Shown: positions 51,561-63,469 of the stretch, piece after piece | Layout: each line of letters opens with the position of its first letter | How positions within the stretch are numbered: position 1 is the stretch's first letter | Source of the DNA: Paraspadella gotoi | Taxonomy: Eukaryota; Animalia; Chaetognatha | Direction of reading: 5' to 3' | Length of the DNA stretch: 64,000 nt | NCBI GenBank assembly: GCA_051294375.1 | Contig: CM119264.1 | Location: 26,910,340 to 26,974,339 of the forward strand | Translations under genes and position numbers: made by a program | Notes under the pieces: generated by a model | Seen by the model: only the letters and a program-made list of their open reading frames with translations | Databases searched by the model: none | What the model was told of the DNA's origin: nothing

Positions 51561-51969
51561 CAACGATGATTTTTAAACACGCAGCGAAACTATTTTGATC
51601 GATTAGTTTAAAATTTGTAGTAAGCCACAACGTTTCTCAGAAGTTTGGAAATCTTAAAATCGTTTCGCTAAGGATGAGGAATTAAATAAAAATAAAAATA
51701 AAAATTTTAGACGCAAAAAGTTGGAGGCCCCTTCGTAGTTTAGAGAGTGACTTTCAAGTTGCCAGATCAAAAAATTATCGAAACTGAGTAATAATTGTAT
51801 AAGAAATCCACCTTCGGCCGGGAACATGATACAGCAAACAAATTTGGGAATTAAGGAGCGAAGTTAAAAATAGTCTTGGATTCCTTATACTGTTATGAAC
51901 GCCCTAACTATCAAAACTGCATAATATTACTTTAATACTAACTTCTCCCTCTAAGGACACATATTTGTC

Positions 51970-52308
51970 TCAGAAACGCGTCAAACAAATATCGAAATCC
52001 GCGCATCTCTTGCGCCTCTTCTGCGAAATTACGCGACCCCCGACAAAAACTCTTTTCTCTCCCTTTCGGAAACGCGACCCCCGAGGCTCTTTGTCCTCGT
52101 CAGCGAATTTGAGCTCGGGAATTTCGGAGGCGCGGAAAAAATTTGCGTCTTCGGCATCGTCTTCGTCAGCATCGTCGTCGTTGCTTTCGTCGGCATGGTC
52201 ATCTTCGTCGTCGCTATCGTCGTCGTCGGCTGATTTGTGCGTCAGCGTTCTTTTGATTGTCATCGGCGTCAATGTGGTTATGGACTCCGTCAATATCTCA
52301 ACTGTCAT
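51970..52308 (-). CDS. Hypothetical 112-aa protein with an Asp/Glu tract and a basic NLS-like segment (QKRRKR)
   Basis: ATG-initiated, GC-rich ORF with composition like the FoxN exons and a GC-rich upstream region. No recognised domain. Confidence 0.4.
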   Translation of the reverse strand: MTVEILTESITTLTPMTIKRTLTHKSADDDDSDDEDDHADESNDDDADEDDAEDANFFRASEIPELKFADEDKEPRGSRFRKGEKRVFVGGRVISQKRRKRCADFDICLTRF

Positions 52309-53564
52309 TCTTGTCTGGTCTATTGTCTACCTTCTCCCTTCTCTCTGTCTTCTTAGTTCTTATCTTATCAACCGATGAGCCTTTCCTTCGAACAAACTCC
52401 AAAATTGGTTTCGCTAAGTCAGCGTAGCGCAAACTTTGCGTAGCGTCAACACCATGCCGCGACAACGCCACGCGCTGCGACGCGCCCTCTCTGACGCTTG
52501 GATCGTTAAACCAGATTTTTTCGGAGATCGCCGGGCAAGTGGCAGGGCGGTCGCACTCTCGCTGTCCGTTATGAATACTTTAACAAAACAAGGATTTAAA
52601 AGTCTGCCTGCATTATTACTAAAAATAAAACAAAAAATTGACGGTATTTCCCTCATTTTTGGTTTAAATACAAATTCTCCAATAGACGGTAAAAAATCGC
52701 AAAAATCCCTCGCTTTTTTTTTTCAGAAAGACCGTAAAGAATCGCATCCCAACATAAACTCCTGCGCGAAGAGACAATAAAAATTGGTCGCGGTTTGCCA
52801 GACGAGCAGTTTTCCCCGCACGCTGTAAAAAAACAAAAACAAAAAAAAAAACAGAATATATTTACGTCCGCAATTTTTCTAAAGGGAGGCGCTGTATATA
52901 TTTTACTGGGGATAGAGATAAAATGGTTTGCGAGGTTCTAATCGTAAAATATAGTTTACTTACAAAGCATCATAATAAGCAGTTTTATATTTTTTTGTCA
53001 CTAGATGTTGTTCACTTATAATCTCACTAAAAAGTTCAAACCCACATATAAATATTTATCTTTTGCCGAGTTATTGTTCCGAGATCGTGTTCAAACTTTT
53101 CGTAAATTGTTTGTCGCTAAATGCACCCAGGATCACGATAAAAATTTTCGTCAGCCCTCTTCCAATCCAATCGGGTAAGCCCTCCTTGCCCTCCATGCCC
53201 TCCGTGCCTGGCCCTCCTTTTCAACAGGTCCTGCCCGCTTTATCGATCGTCATATCATGATCTGCTTGCTTATTTCGAACACTCTATATTGAACGCTTAC
53301 CCTATCCTTTCATTTGTGCATATTATCTACCAGTCCTCATCTACCTGCCCTATTCTTTGCCAACCCCCTTTGCCCCCTTCTAGTCTGCTTGCCCTGCCAT
53401 CCCCTGCCCGCCTTGCCCTGCCCTGCCTCGGGAGACTTCATATTTTAAGAGAAGTCGACCTAGTCATCAGTTTTTTCTGTTTTTTTTATTTTCTCTTCTC
53501 CACGATTTTTCTCTCTTGGAGGCGACATGAATAAGTTAAAAGAGTCCGACAAAGAAGAAAGAGA

Positions 53565-53611
<47 letters not shown>

Positions 53612-54339
53612 TAATGAACGCTCGGTCGAGCTTTCTTTCTTCATTTTCCCCCTCTCCTTTTGAACTGAACAACGATTATAATAAAGGCAGAAAATTGAAA
53701 GACAGTTAAAATTAAAATAATAATTAGGAACTAGATTGCCAAAATTTCCTTTTATTCCCGTATTCTGGTGAGAAAAGTTTCAAAATTGAGTTTGAATTCA
53801 TTCACATTTACAGAAGATTAGCGAATGAAGAGTTAATAAAAATTCGTTTAAAGATGAATTGCAAATAACAATGAAATACTGAGGGTCCTTAGAAATCATT
53901 TACATATTGCTTAACAATGAATTATGTCCGATCCATTCAACTACTTTATTGATAGTATCATAGTAGTATTCAATAACCTTAATCAAGTATGCACATACTT
54001 TTTGTTTAAAATATTTGTAAGCGGATCGACTTTTTCACATAATATTTAAAATTCGAGGAAAATTAAAGGAAATAAAAGAATCAAAAGACATGATGATGAT
54101 GATGATAATGGTGATGAAAGACGGGGATGGTCGCGTGGCCCAATGACAGAACGGAAGTCTTTCAAACTTTTTTCGTCGAGCAAACAAGTGTGCGTCAGGA
54201 TGACACATTCGCTGTCCTTCTTACTGCTGCGGGCTGCTGCTGTATCCTGATCAGCAGTTTCTGCCGCGAGCGGCGGCGTCCCGGAGGAAAAAAGGCTCCC
54301 AGCGCCATCGACGGAGAATCGACGGAGGAACGAGAACTA

Positions 54340-54525
54340 ATGACCGGAAATGGCGGAGGCGTTGTTGAGGCGGCGCCGCTGAGGACGGGGGTCAAAGGCG
54401 GACAAACGGGGCCGCGTTAGACGCCGCCGACGCCGCCCGCCGCAGCCGCGTGCCGACGCCGACAGGCGGGAGGTTTGAATGATTGATTCGACAAAATGGC
54501 GGAACCGAAAGGCAAATGGCGGAGG
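54340..54525. promoter_or_regulatory. GC-rich promoter-like island with CDE/CHR-like and YY1-like motifs
   Basis: GGCGG-(4 nt)-TTTGAA at 54465-54479; three AAATGGCGG motifs (about 54348, 54495, 54514). Confidence 0.4.
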
Positions 54526-55980
54526 GCGGGAATGGGGAAGGGGGGGCAGAGGTGGGGAATGTCGGGAGTAAAAGAATTAAAAAGGGGGGAGAGGCTGGAG
54601 AAAGAATGAAGGGAGAGAGGGGAAATAAAAAGTACGAAAAAAAATGTGTTTATGGAAAAACGAATATTTTGGTAAAACGCGCGAAGCCGTAAAAACTTCC
54701 GAAGGGTTGACGAGTCCTTTCTTCGTTGAGAGACGCGTGTTTTTGGAGAGGTAGGGGGGAATTTTAAAAGTGGTATGAATTGTGAAAGGAATTAGCGAAT
54801 TCTTGAGTTTCACTTAAAATCATTGACACAAAAGATCGAGATTAAATAGTAGTTAGTCCTATCAGCCTAGAGATTACCTCGCTATCCCCCTTTACTTTTA
54901 TAACGATTATATCGTTTTCGTCTTTTTAGTTTCTTAATTTATTCTTCATGCCATGCCATGCCTCGACCCCCTCTGGCTTTGGTTTTCTTCTCTATAATCG
55001 ACCAGTCAAAGAATTTAATTTCAAACGGTTAATCCTGAATACCGATCCATTATATTGACCAACAATAATCTTTTGTAAATATTGGATTTATATTTCAATA
55101 TTTACGACTTTAGAATTATAGTCGGGCAAGAGAGAGGAGAAGAGAAGGAGGACCGGTAGAGGTCGCCTTGTTTCGGTGGCCCAGCGTTTATATTTTCATA
55201 GTTGCCCGCTTTGCCTTCTTTCCAAGTTCGCGACTTACCGTTGGTTTCGGAGATGGTCGATTCAATCGCCGGATTGACTTTTGAAAATTTGCAAATTACT
55301 CGTTTCACTATTTACTATTTTTATATTTTATGAAGGATTTAGTATTTAATCTATATTATTTAAACAAATATATGTTGCTTTCTTTCTTAAAATTCTTAAA
55401 TTTGTGTTAGAACCGAGGTCTCGGTCGATGCACCTAAAAAACGACCCGGCGAGATGCTTCGGTCGTCCAGACTTGCTTCAACTTGCTTGAGCGGATCGAC
55501 GACCAAATAGTTTTTTTGTTTTTTTTTGAGTTTATAAAGAGTTTTAAAAGGGTACTTTAATTAAATGATCAAAGAATATAGATATTCAAACAAACAAACA
55601 AACAGTAATTACCAAAATCATTATTTAAACAGTAACGAACGACGTAAGCACGAATGATGAAATGATCCCAAACGATAAGTACTTGTGACGAAGTCAAGTC
55701 CAAACTCGATTCACGATTCACGATTCACGAGACTTCGGTTCTAACACTTGGCCCAGCCGATTCATTTTTTTAAACTTCTTTAATTAGTAGAAGTCAGATT
55801 TCTTCGTCAATTATCAACTATCGGCATTTTGACGAATTCAATCCAGTTATATAGAGACGCCGAATATTGTCTAAAACAGGTTTAGTGCTGAGTCTGCAAA
55901 ACGCGTTTTTTCTCTTCGGATTCTCAGTTGGCTCTTTTTCGCTTTTCTTCGGTATTTCTTTATTTACAGTTTCGGTCAAA

Positions 55981-57550
55981 ATGTCATCAGAAATGGTGGC
56001 CGATGTTTCCCGCGTCCCTTTGGAGAGGGAGTTTTCGACGAGAGCTTGGAAGATGATGTCGTCGTCGCTAGAAAATTCGATGATGAAGCCTTTTGAGCGG
56101 GTGATTGACTTTGGTTGTGGCGCAGGAGAAACGACCTATAAACTCGCTGATTGGATTCGAGATCTTAATCACAAACGTGGGCTAGAATGGTGAGCTCAAA
56201 CTAGAATAAATTTGTCTTAGCAGATTTAAAACAAATGCGTTTCCATCGTGTAGCCTTATTTTAAAATTGTCATCATGGCATCGCGAAAATATATTTATAA
56301 ATAGGGAGAAGGAGGCGGGGAGAGCAGGTAGGGAGAAGAGGAGGGGGGAGGAACGAGAGAAGGAAGGAGGATGGAAGGAGGGGAGTAAGTAGTAAGAGGA
56401 GAGAAGGAGAGAGAAGAGAGGAGAGGGGAGAGAGGGAGGAGGATGGGGGAGAGGAAGAGAGAGACTAGTGGGAGTATAGGAGAGAAAGAGGGAGCAGTAT
56501 AGGGAAGAGATAAAAAAGGGAAGAGACGAGAAGGAGGAGTAGAGAAGAGGAGGAGAGAGGGCAAGATAGAGAGGAGAGAGGGGGGGGAGACGCGAGAAGG
56601 AGATAGGGAGAGAGGATGAAGGAGAGGTAGAATACGACGGAGAGTAGGAAGAGAAAAAGACATAGAGGGGAAGGGATGTGAGCAAGAGAAAGAGGACGGG
56701 AAGGAGGAGAGTAGGAGAGAGGGAGGGGGAGAGAGGAGAAGGAGAAGAAGGGAAGGGGCGAGAGAGGAAGAGAATAGAAACGTAGAGAGGCGCAGGAGGA
56801 GAACGGGTAGAGAGGAGTGAGTAGAGGAAAGAGAGGGGCGAAGGATAAAGGGAGAGAGGAGATGAAAGGGAGAGAAGGAGGAGAGAGATAGCGAGGGAGA
56901 AAGAGAAAGAGGAGGGAGAAGGAAAGGAGATAGTAAGCAAGGGGAGAGAGATATAGAAAGAGTAGGAAGAAGAAGGAGGAGAGAGAGGGAGCGCGCAGAA
57001 GAGAAAGAGAGACGGAAGAGGAGGAAAAGAAAAGAGACGAGAGAGGAGGGAATAGAGACGAGATAGATAGGGAGCAGAGTAAGAGGGAGGGGAAGGAGGG
57101 CAGAGAAGAACAGGGAGGAAGGAGAAAAAGGAGGAAAGAGAAGAGGAAGGACGAGATAGAGGAGGAAAGAATAGAAGGCAAAATTTGGTGGTGGGGGCTA
57201 ATCTTAATGTCTTTTTATTATCAGTCCAAAACTCATCTATACTGGCTTTGATATTTCCGCCGGTAAATCAACTTTATTTGCCAAACATACTTTACGGATA
57301 TCGACAAAGATTCGGAAGTCGAAAATTTGAAATTCAAAACTTGGACATGTGAATCGATCGACACTCTGACCCAAAGTGGGAATCAGCCTATCGACCTTGT
57401 GAGAGTAGGTATTCTTGGCCGTTTCATCTATGGGCCTGGAAGATCAGAACCACAAGTTTTGAGATAATATTCTTAACTGTTAAAACCCGGTGGACGTGAT
57501 ATTTTGGCATTTATATGGTCAAACGGATTTGCTGGGTGTTCCAGGGAAGG
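55981..57550 (+). CDS. Class I SAM-dependent methyltransferase, JHAMT-like; exon 55981-56189 and a second exon from 57225 containing frameshifts (sequencing error or pseudogene)
   Basis: Motif I VIDFGCGAG; donor TG|GTGAGC at 56190; acceptor TATCAG| at 57224 gives in-frame CPKLIYTGFDIS (motif II). The downstream LLKPGG (about 57477-57495) is reachable only through indels. The 3' end is not resolved. Confidence 0.7.
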
Positions 57551-57859
57551 TACTGTCAAAAATAAAGGCTTTTTGTCACAATAATCGAAAATCCTAATAA
57601 AACCGTATTTTGATTCTTATTAAACTAAGCAAATACACGGAGCTTGAAAGAAAAATCCTACCTGAAAATGGTCTAAACACTTACGCCATGACACTTGCGT
57701 ACGCAGAGGAATTTAAAAATATAAATTTCAATTTTTTCTGTAACAAAAAGGCANNNNNNNNNNNNNNNNNNNNNNNNNNNNNNNNNNNNNNNNNNNNNNN
57801 NNNNNNNNNNNNNNNNNNNNNNNNNNNNNNNNNNNNNNNNNNNNNNNNNNNNNAAAGAG

Positions 57860-58950
57860 AGAGAATCAGAGGTCAGATCTGAGGACAAGGTGAAGTGAGG
57901 GAAGGGAAGGAGAGTCAGTAAAATGTGAAAATTTTGGTGAAAAGCGAGAAGAGAGAGAAAGAAGAGAGAGAGAGAGAAGAGAAAAAAAAAATAAATACAT
58001 TTGGTACTGTAGCAGACCAGTGAAAAAGTAAATAAACTAAAAGTAAATAACAAAAGATTAATAATAATTGATTGTGAAAATTGAATAGATTTGAAAATAA
58101 TGAAAAACATGAAGAATTGAAATATAAAATGAAGAATAAAGTATGAGGGGATAGATAAGATAATGGTAAGGGAAAATAAGGTAGAAAGCAGCTCAAAAAT
58201 GAGCTAGGCCCCCTCCTGGCGCAGGCAAATGAAGGGCGTTAACAATGAGCTCGGGGTCATTGGCTTGGTTAATGGGTTGAGAGGATATTGTGGTGGAGTG
58301 GGAGAGGTTGGGATCCTGGCAAGGATCCTGCTGGAAATATGCGCAAACGCGCCCCCTTTCTTTTCTCCTTTTTCTTTCTCCCTTTTTCTTTTTTTATTCT
58401 TTTCACTTGAATATCTCTCTGACGCTGATAAGCCTGCCGAGAGCCATCCTCTCACCTGACGGTGAGCCGCGCGGTTGTCTGTTCTGGCCTGTTTTCAGAT
58501 ACAGGAGATACTGACTCCCCTCAACTCCTGCGACACTGGCTGAGCCCTCCAGCTCGTGGGCTGAAGGGTCAGGAGTTCGAAATCTACAGCTGTCGCTTTG
58601 GCGGCGCTCCAGTACGAGGAGAGTCGTACAAGTTGCTGTAGGGTTGGGAGAGGCATTGGAACCGTCATTGCCTGCTAGGAGGTCTCCGCCTGACCCATTG
58701 AGTGGGGAAGGGGAACTCCAGCGCGTGGCGGTGAGGTGGCGTTGGGGTGGCTCACACCACAGTTTTGATTAAAGAAAATCAAAGCTTATGAAGGGAGTTC
58801 GAAAATGCGATCCCTCCATCACGGTTCAAAAAGGGCTCGAGCGCTTTGAATGTAAATCGCCTCTTCAGAAGCCAGTCTTTGGTCATGGGAACAAGCAAAA
58901 GACAGTCAGTCTTCCTCTCTAAACAGATGGCCCATATTCGTCGCATGTCA
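57860..58950 (-). mobile_element. Penelope-like element 3' fragment (GIY-YIG endonuclease C-terminus plus 3' UTR)
   Basis: Reverse complement of about 58810-58870 encodes EAIYI...EPFLNRDGG (with one indel), the typical PLE endonuclease tail. 58190-58290 is related to 61755-61860. Confidence 0.75.
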
Positions 58951-59654
58951 AAAGCATATATAATAATATTAATTTAGCGAATTAACGTCATGGTTCGGAA
59001 CATTTTAAGGCAAAAAAATATTTTAACACAATTAAAATTTGGAATTCGGTCGCTACCGCTAACTTGAAGCAATCGCTTTAGCCTGTCAAAAGTTTTATTT
59101 TATTTTTTTAAATATCTCTAAAGATACAATCCCTAAGATTAGCCAGTGTTTTGAAAGAAACAGTAATAATGTTATAAAGTTAATGACAGAAATACGTTCA
59201 ATATAAGTCAAAGCAGTAGAGTAAAAAAATAAAATTGAGAAAATTAGAAATTTAGGCATATAAACATAAAAATAAAAAACCAATTAAAATACTTTCATAA
59301 ATTCATATTTTTAAATTTTAATACACTCGTGGCACCAGTGTAGCTATATTTAATATAAATAACTAATTATAATAATAACTAAAATTTTGAAAAATGCAAA
59401 TTTTTAAAATTTTAAGATCCAGGATTTGGATCCCTTGCTTAAAGTTGATATAAGAAAGTATAATTCTTTTTTTAAAATAGAATTCTTATCATAAGTTGTT
59501 AAAAATGTAAAAAATATATTTAAAAAAGGCGCCATTTTTAATTTCGGCAGTGCTTAAAAATATAGTTTTTTATAAATTTTAATCTCATAATGACATAATT
59601 TTTCGAAAAAGAATTATATTTTCATTTATCACTTTGGAACAGGATGAACACCGT

Positions 59655-59810
59655 TTACAAGGCGGTTAAGCGCACCCATTTCCTCTTCAACTGGCGAGGC
59701 GACCCCAAGGCTAAAACGCCGCGGACCTTTGAATTGGGAAACGAATGACTTACCTCCTGGCGTAACAATGGCCGCCTGATGAAGCAGTTGAATGATTTTA
59801 GTCCACCAAT
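59655..59810 (-). mobile_element. Degenerate, truncated family-1 repeat copy
   Basis: Colinear similarity to 705-850 (gcggttaagcg...ggacctttg..ttggga...caatggccgc.tgatgaa...ttttagtc). Confidence 0.65.
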
Positions 59811-60397
59811 TTTATTTTTATCATTAATGTCAAAAGCAATACAGGCTCTTTGTTTAAACATGTTAAAATTCAGAACGGCAGAATTAATCTCGGCCTATAA
59901 TTATAAACATATAATTTTCATCAAAAAACTAAAGTAAGCAACGATATTGTTTGGATTTAAGAGGCTTTAAGCACAAAAACTGTTAATCAATGGAAAATGG
60001 GCGAAAAGAGTTTTAAATTAACAAAATAATATGTGAAAAATATTGGCATATTAGGGCACTTAAAATCGTTATTAGCAATACAGTAAAGTAACGACGTTGA
60101 TAATTGAATTTATTATACAAAAGAAGATAATTCGCTGGCATACTAGGGTAGATAACTTGCATATGTACTGTGTAGTAGGGTTGAAGTGAAAGTTTTGAAT
60201 CAAAATTTAAAGCAGTTATATTTTGAAACTATCTTAATTAGGAATACTAAATCTGTAGTTATTTTTTTTTTTTATAAAATATAGTAACCCAGTCAACTTT
60301 TTAGTATAAATTATGTTACCCTTATGCCATTGGTGCCAGAGGCAAGTCAATCACCTCCCAACCCAAAGGCCGAGGGTTCTAGCCCGGTGGCCCGCCT

Positions 60398-60476
60398 AGC
60401 AGTTAAGAGGGACGGGGAGGCTTAACACCGCCTGTAACACAGTGTACAGCCTGATCCGAAAAGCTCAGGGACTGCT
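60398..60476 (+). ncRNA. Twister ribozyme, type-P5 permutation (repeat family 1, copy A)
   Basis: P5 AGCAGTT/GACTGCT; P2' GAGG; GA; T1' CGG; short P1; TAA at 60423-25 (predicted cleavage U/A); T2 GC; P3 hairpin CTGTAACAC...GTGTACAG; P4 CCTGA/TCAGG closing T-CCG-AA(AA)-GC. P2 pairing is imperfect in this copy. Confidence 0.78.
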
Positions 60477-60827
60477 TATATTGAACGGTTCCTGTCACTA
60501 ACCATAACAATAATCCTGTCTCTTCATTTGGTGAGCCCGGACTTACGAACACAACAGCACAACAACACTATTCAAGGCGACATGCCTCAACCTGGCGATG
60601 CACTTTCCGGCCAAAACACATCAGGCAACATGCCTCAACTAAGGTAACAACTTTCCACCAACAACAACAATTCACTGAAAGACGCAACAGACTTCTCCCT
60701 CCGGGAGGAGGGGAATGTATGGTGACTTAAAATCCACCAACCGTTCATCAGCCGGCCATTGGTGGCTGGAGCAAGTCATTCGGCCTCCCAACCCAAAAGG
60801 TCCGGGTTCTAGCCCAGGTGGCCGCTT

Positions 60828-60903
60828 GCAGTTAAGAGGGACGGGCGCTTAACCCGCCTGTAACAAGGTGTTTACAGCCTTATCCGAAGCTCAGGGGACT
60901 GCT
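60828..60903 (+). ncRNA. Twister ribozyme, type-P5 permutation (repeat family 1, copy B)
   Basis: GCAGTT-AA-GAGG-GA-CGG-GCGCT-TAA(60850-52)-CCC-GC-CTGTAAC..GTTTACAG-CCTTA-TCCGAAGC-TCAGG-GGACTGC; one mismatch in P4. Confidence 0.78.
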
Positions 60904-61253
60904 TATATTATATTATTATATTATAATAATGCCAAAATTTCAAAATAAGTTTTTTTGAAATTTTGACTCCTCATAAAAAGTTGATAACGTACATATCTTT
61001 TTTAAAAATTAAGTATTAAGTAGGTTAAAATTGTTAAAAACTAATATTTTATTTGAAAATAATAACATTAAGTATCATCAAACATATTTTTTTTTAATAT
61101 TTTTGACAAACTTAATGAAAGAATGTTAAAAAAGAATTAATACTTTCTTTATCAAATTTTTGAAACAAATTCAAAATCTGGTTTTTGTAATTTTAAATTT
61201 TATTAAACAAAGTTGAAATTTTATTTTTGTAAACGAATTTTATTGTTACAATG

Positions 61254-61298
61254 AGCAGACATGTTATCGGCTCAACAGTACGAGCCTTCACAGCGCAT
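61254..61298 (-). ncRNA. Degenerate inverted copy of the 62699 hammerhead
   Basis: Reverse complement GCG-CTGTGA-AGGCTC-GTACTGTT-GAGCC-GATAA-CATG-TC-TGC. Flanks 61200-61320 match 62677-62795 in inverted orientation. Confidence 0.7.
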
Positions 61299-62558
61299 GA
61301 GTTGCTGAAGTTGATACATGTTTTTTTAAAGTTAAAGAAAGAGAGAGAGAGAGAGAGAGAGGTTAAGGTTCCAAAACAAAGAATGAGGTAATTAACATTT
61401 GAGAAGCACATACATAGATAAAGATAATGGAAACTTGTCTAATAACAATTGAAAAATAAATTAATTTTTTTTTGCCGTGTGGCAACCATGACACCGTCCG
61501 AATCTCTGGCAGGCATCTCAGGCCTCTTTCTGTGAGTCTGGCGTCGTCCCAAACCGACGGCTGCAGGAAGATGAAGAGGATTCAACCATCCCTTGTCACT
61601 AAAATGGCAAGAGTGGATACCCGCCCGCCTACCGTCAGGTAGTAAGAGGGCCGCCGGCAGGCGTCACAGGCCAGAGGGATAATAAAGGGTGGGCCTTGGG
61701 TTTGTTTCGCTCAGGGAGCATACCTGACCCAAGGCCAACACGAAGATCAAAGTCCCATTTATCCTCTCAACCCATAACGCGCCAATGACCCGGCCTGTCA
61801 GGCAAACCTCTCCTTCATAAAGACCGGGGGTCTCAGCTAATTTTTGAGCCTCTTTCTAATTCATTATATTTCACTACAATCTTTTACTTATTCTATCCCT
61901 CTAAAATCTCATATTTGCAACTTCTCAATTTCAATTTTTCAACATATTCAATTTCAAAAAAATTATTTATTTCAATTTGTTATTAGAAGTTTCCATTATC
62001 TTATATCTATGTTGTACATTTGCTCAAATGTAAATTATTATTTTCTCATCTCTCTCATCTTCTCTCATCTCTCTCTCTATCTCACCAATTTTCAATATCT
62101 TTCAAAACTTATCAATACTAGGGCCACTTCTAAAAATCTGTCCCTCACCACTGATACACTGGTCCTTACCAAATTCTTGTTGGAAAGCTTTATACCCTCT
62201 CTCTAGCTTTCTCTCTCTCTCTCATCATCTCTCATTTCCTTTAACCTAATAAACTTTTTTGTTTACATTACAAAAAATGTAAAAGATTTTCTCTTTCCCT
62301 GTCTCTCTCTCATCTCTCTCTGCTCATCCATTTCAAATTTCAACCAACTTATTTCTTTACCCCCTGGATCTTACCTCACACTGTCCTCATATCCTGACCA
62401 CATGTCGTTTGCTCAATTCTTTGTTGAAAAACTCCCTCTTTTTCTGTCTCATCTCTCTCTCTCTCTCTCATCTCCTCTCTCTCTCATCTACCTCTCTCTC
62501 TCATCTCTCTCTCTCTCTTATCTCTAAACCTATTTGATAAAGAGTAAGAATTATTGAT

Positions 62559-62615
62559 TGTCAATACTGATGAAAGACTCTAAAATTCATGCAAGAGTCG
62601 AAACATGTATTAACA
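62559..62615 (+). ncRNA. Hammerhead ribozyme motif (PLE pseudo-LTR), possibly degenerate at the cleavage site
   Basis: TGTCAATA-CTGATGA-AAGACTC-(14 nt)-GAGTC-GAAA-CATG-TATTAACA. Confidence 0.72.
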
Positions 62616-62698
62616 ATAAAACAATTCCGTTGATAAAAACAAATAAATTGTTTTTTCTCCTAAACTAAAAACTATGGTATCAACTTCAGCAACTCATA

Positions 62699-62745
62699 AT
62701 GCGCTGATGAAGGCTCGTACTGTGAGCCGAAACAATGTCCTGCTC
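62699..62745 (+). ncRNA. Hammerhead ribozyme motif (PLE pseudo-LTR)
   Basis: GCG-CTGATGA-AGGCTC-GTACTGT-GAGCC-GAAA-CAATG-TC-CTGC. Confidence 0.82.
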
Positions 62746-63260
62746 TTGTAACAATAAAAAATTCGATGTGCAAAAATAAAATCAAACTTTGTTAATCTCT
62801 CAAACAACTAAAAAGAAAGGATAATTACCATGAATTTTTATTTAGAAATTTTAGCCTATTTATTCTTATTATTATATATAAATATACATAGCTTACTGGT
62901 CACTACTAATATATAAAATTAAAAATTAAATATCCCAAAGTATTTTTATTAGTTATCTTCATAATCTACTATATGCTAAATTTTAATTTTACAAAATTTT
63001 CTTATTTCCACATCACTCTCCGGCGTAGATAGAAGCGGAGGAGGTAGGAGCAGAAGGGCAATGATCGGGGCAAAGGCCACTTCCCGAGTTGTTTTTCTTC
63101 GAATTTGTCCAATCGATCCAATCGAGATTCCACAAGTTTGTTCCTGACATATATAAGTCGAAAACACGTCCAAAATGATAGCGGAGAATTTAGTCGATCC
63201 GAAGATCTGAAACTCTCTCTCTCTCACCAACTTATATATGTGAAAATTGTCATTAATCAA

Positions 63261-63304
63261 ACGCTGATGAAGACTCGAAAATGTAAGAGTCGAAACATAT
63301 CCGT
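63261..63304 (+). ncRNA. Hammerhead ribozyme motif (PLE pseudo-LTR)
   Basis: ACG-CTGATGA-AGACTC-GAAAATGTAA-GAGTC-GAAA-CATA-TC-CGT. Confidence 0.8.
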
Positions 63305-63469
63305 CACTGAATGTTTAATAAAAATCGTAAAACTAATAAAAACTTTCGTTTTTTGAACTGCGCTAGTTTCAAATTGAATGGTTTTTGGTCTTTTCTTGCC
63401 ATGAGGAAAAAAAGGAAAAATCGGTTAATGATTTAATTTATTTACACCTTTGATGAAAAAAAAAGGCCA

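Larger units (their letters stand above)
60326..60910 (+). mobile_element. Tandem array (about 1.4 units, 427-nt period) of a tRNA-headed, twister-containing repeat (family 1)
   Basis: 60326-60480 recurs at about 60755-60910. The head has A-box-like TGGTGCyrGAGG and B-box-like GGTTCTAGCCC motifs. Confidence 0.8.
61200..62810 (+). mobile_element. Penelope-like element 3' fragment with a hammerhead-bearing pseudo-LTR and an inverted pseudo-LTR piece at its 5' side
   Basis: Homology to the 58 kb fragment, CT-rich UTR, two hammerheads, and an inverted duplicate at 61200-61320. Confidence 0.7.
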
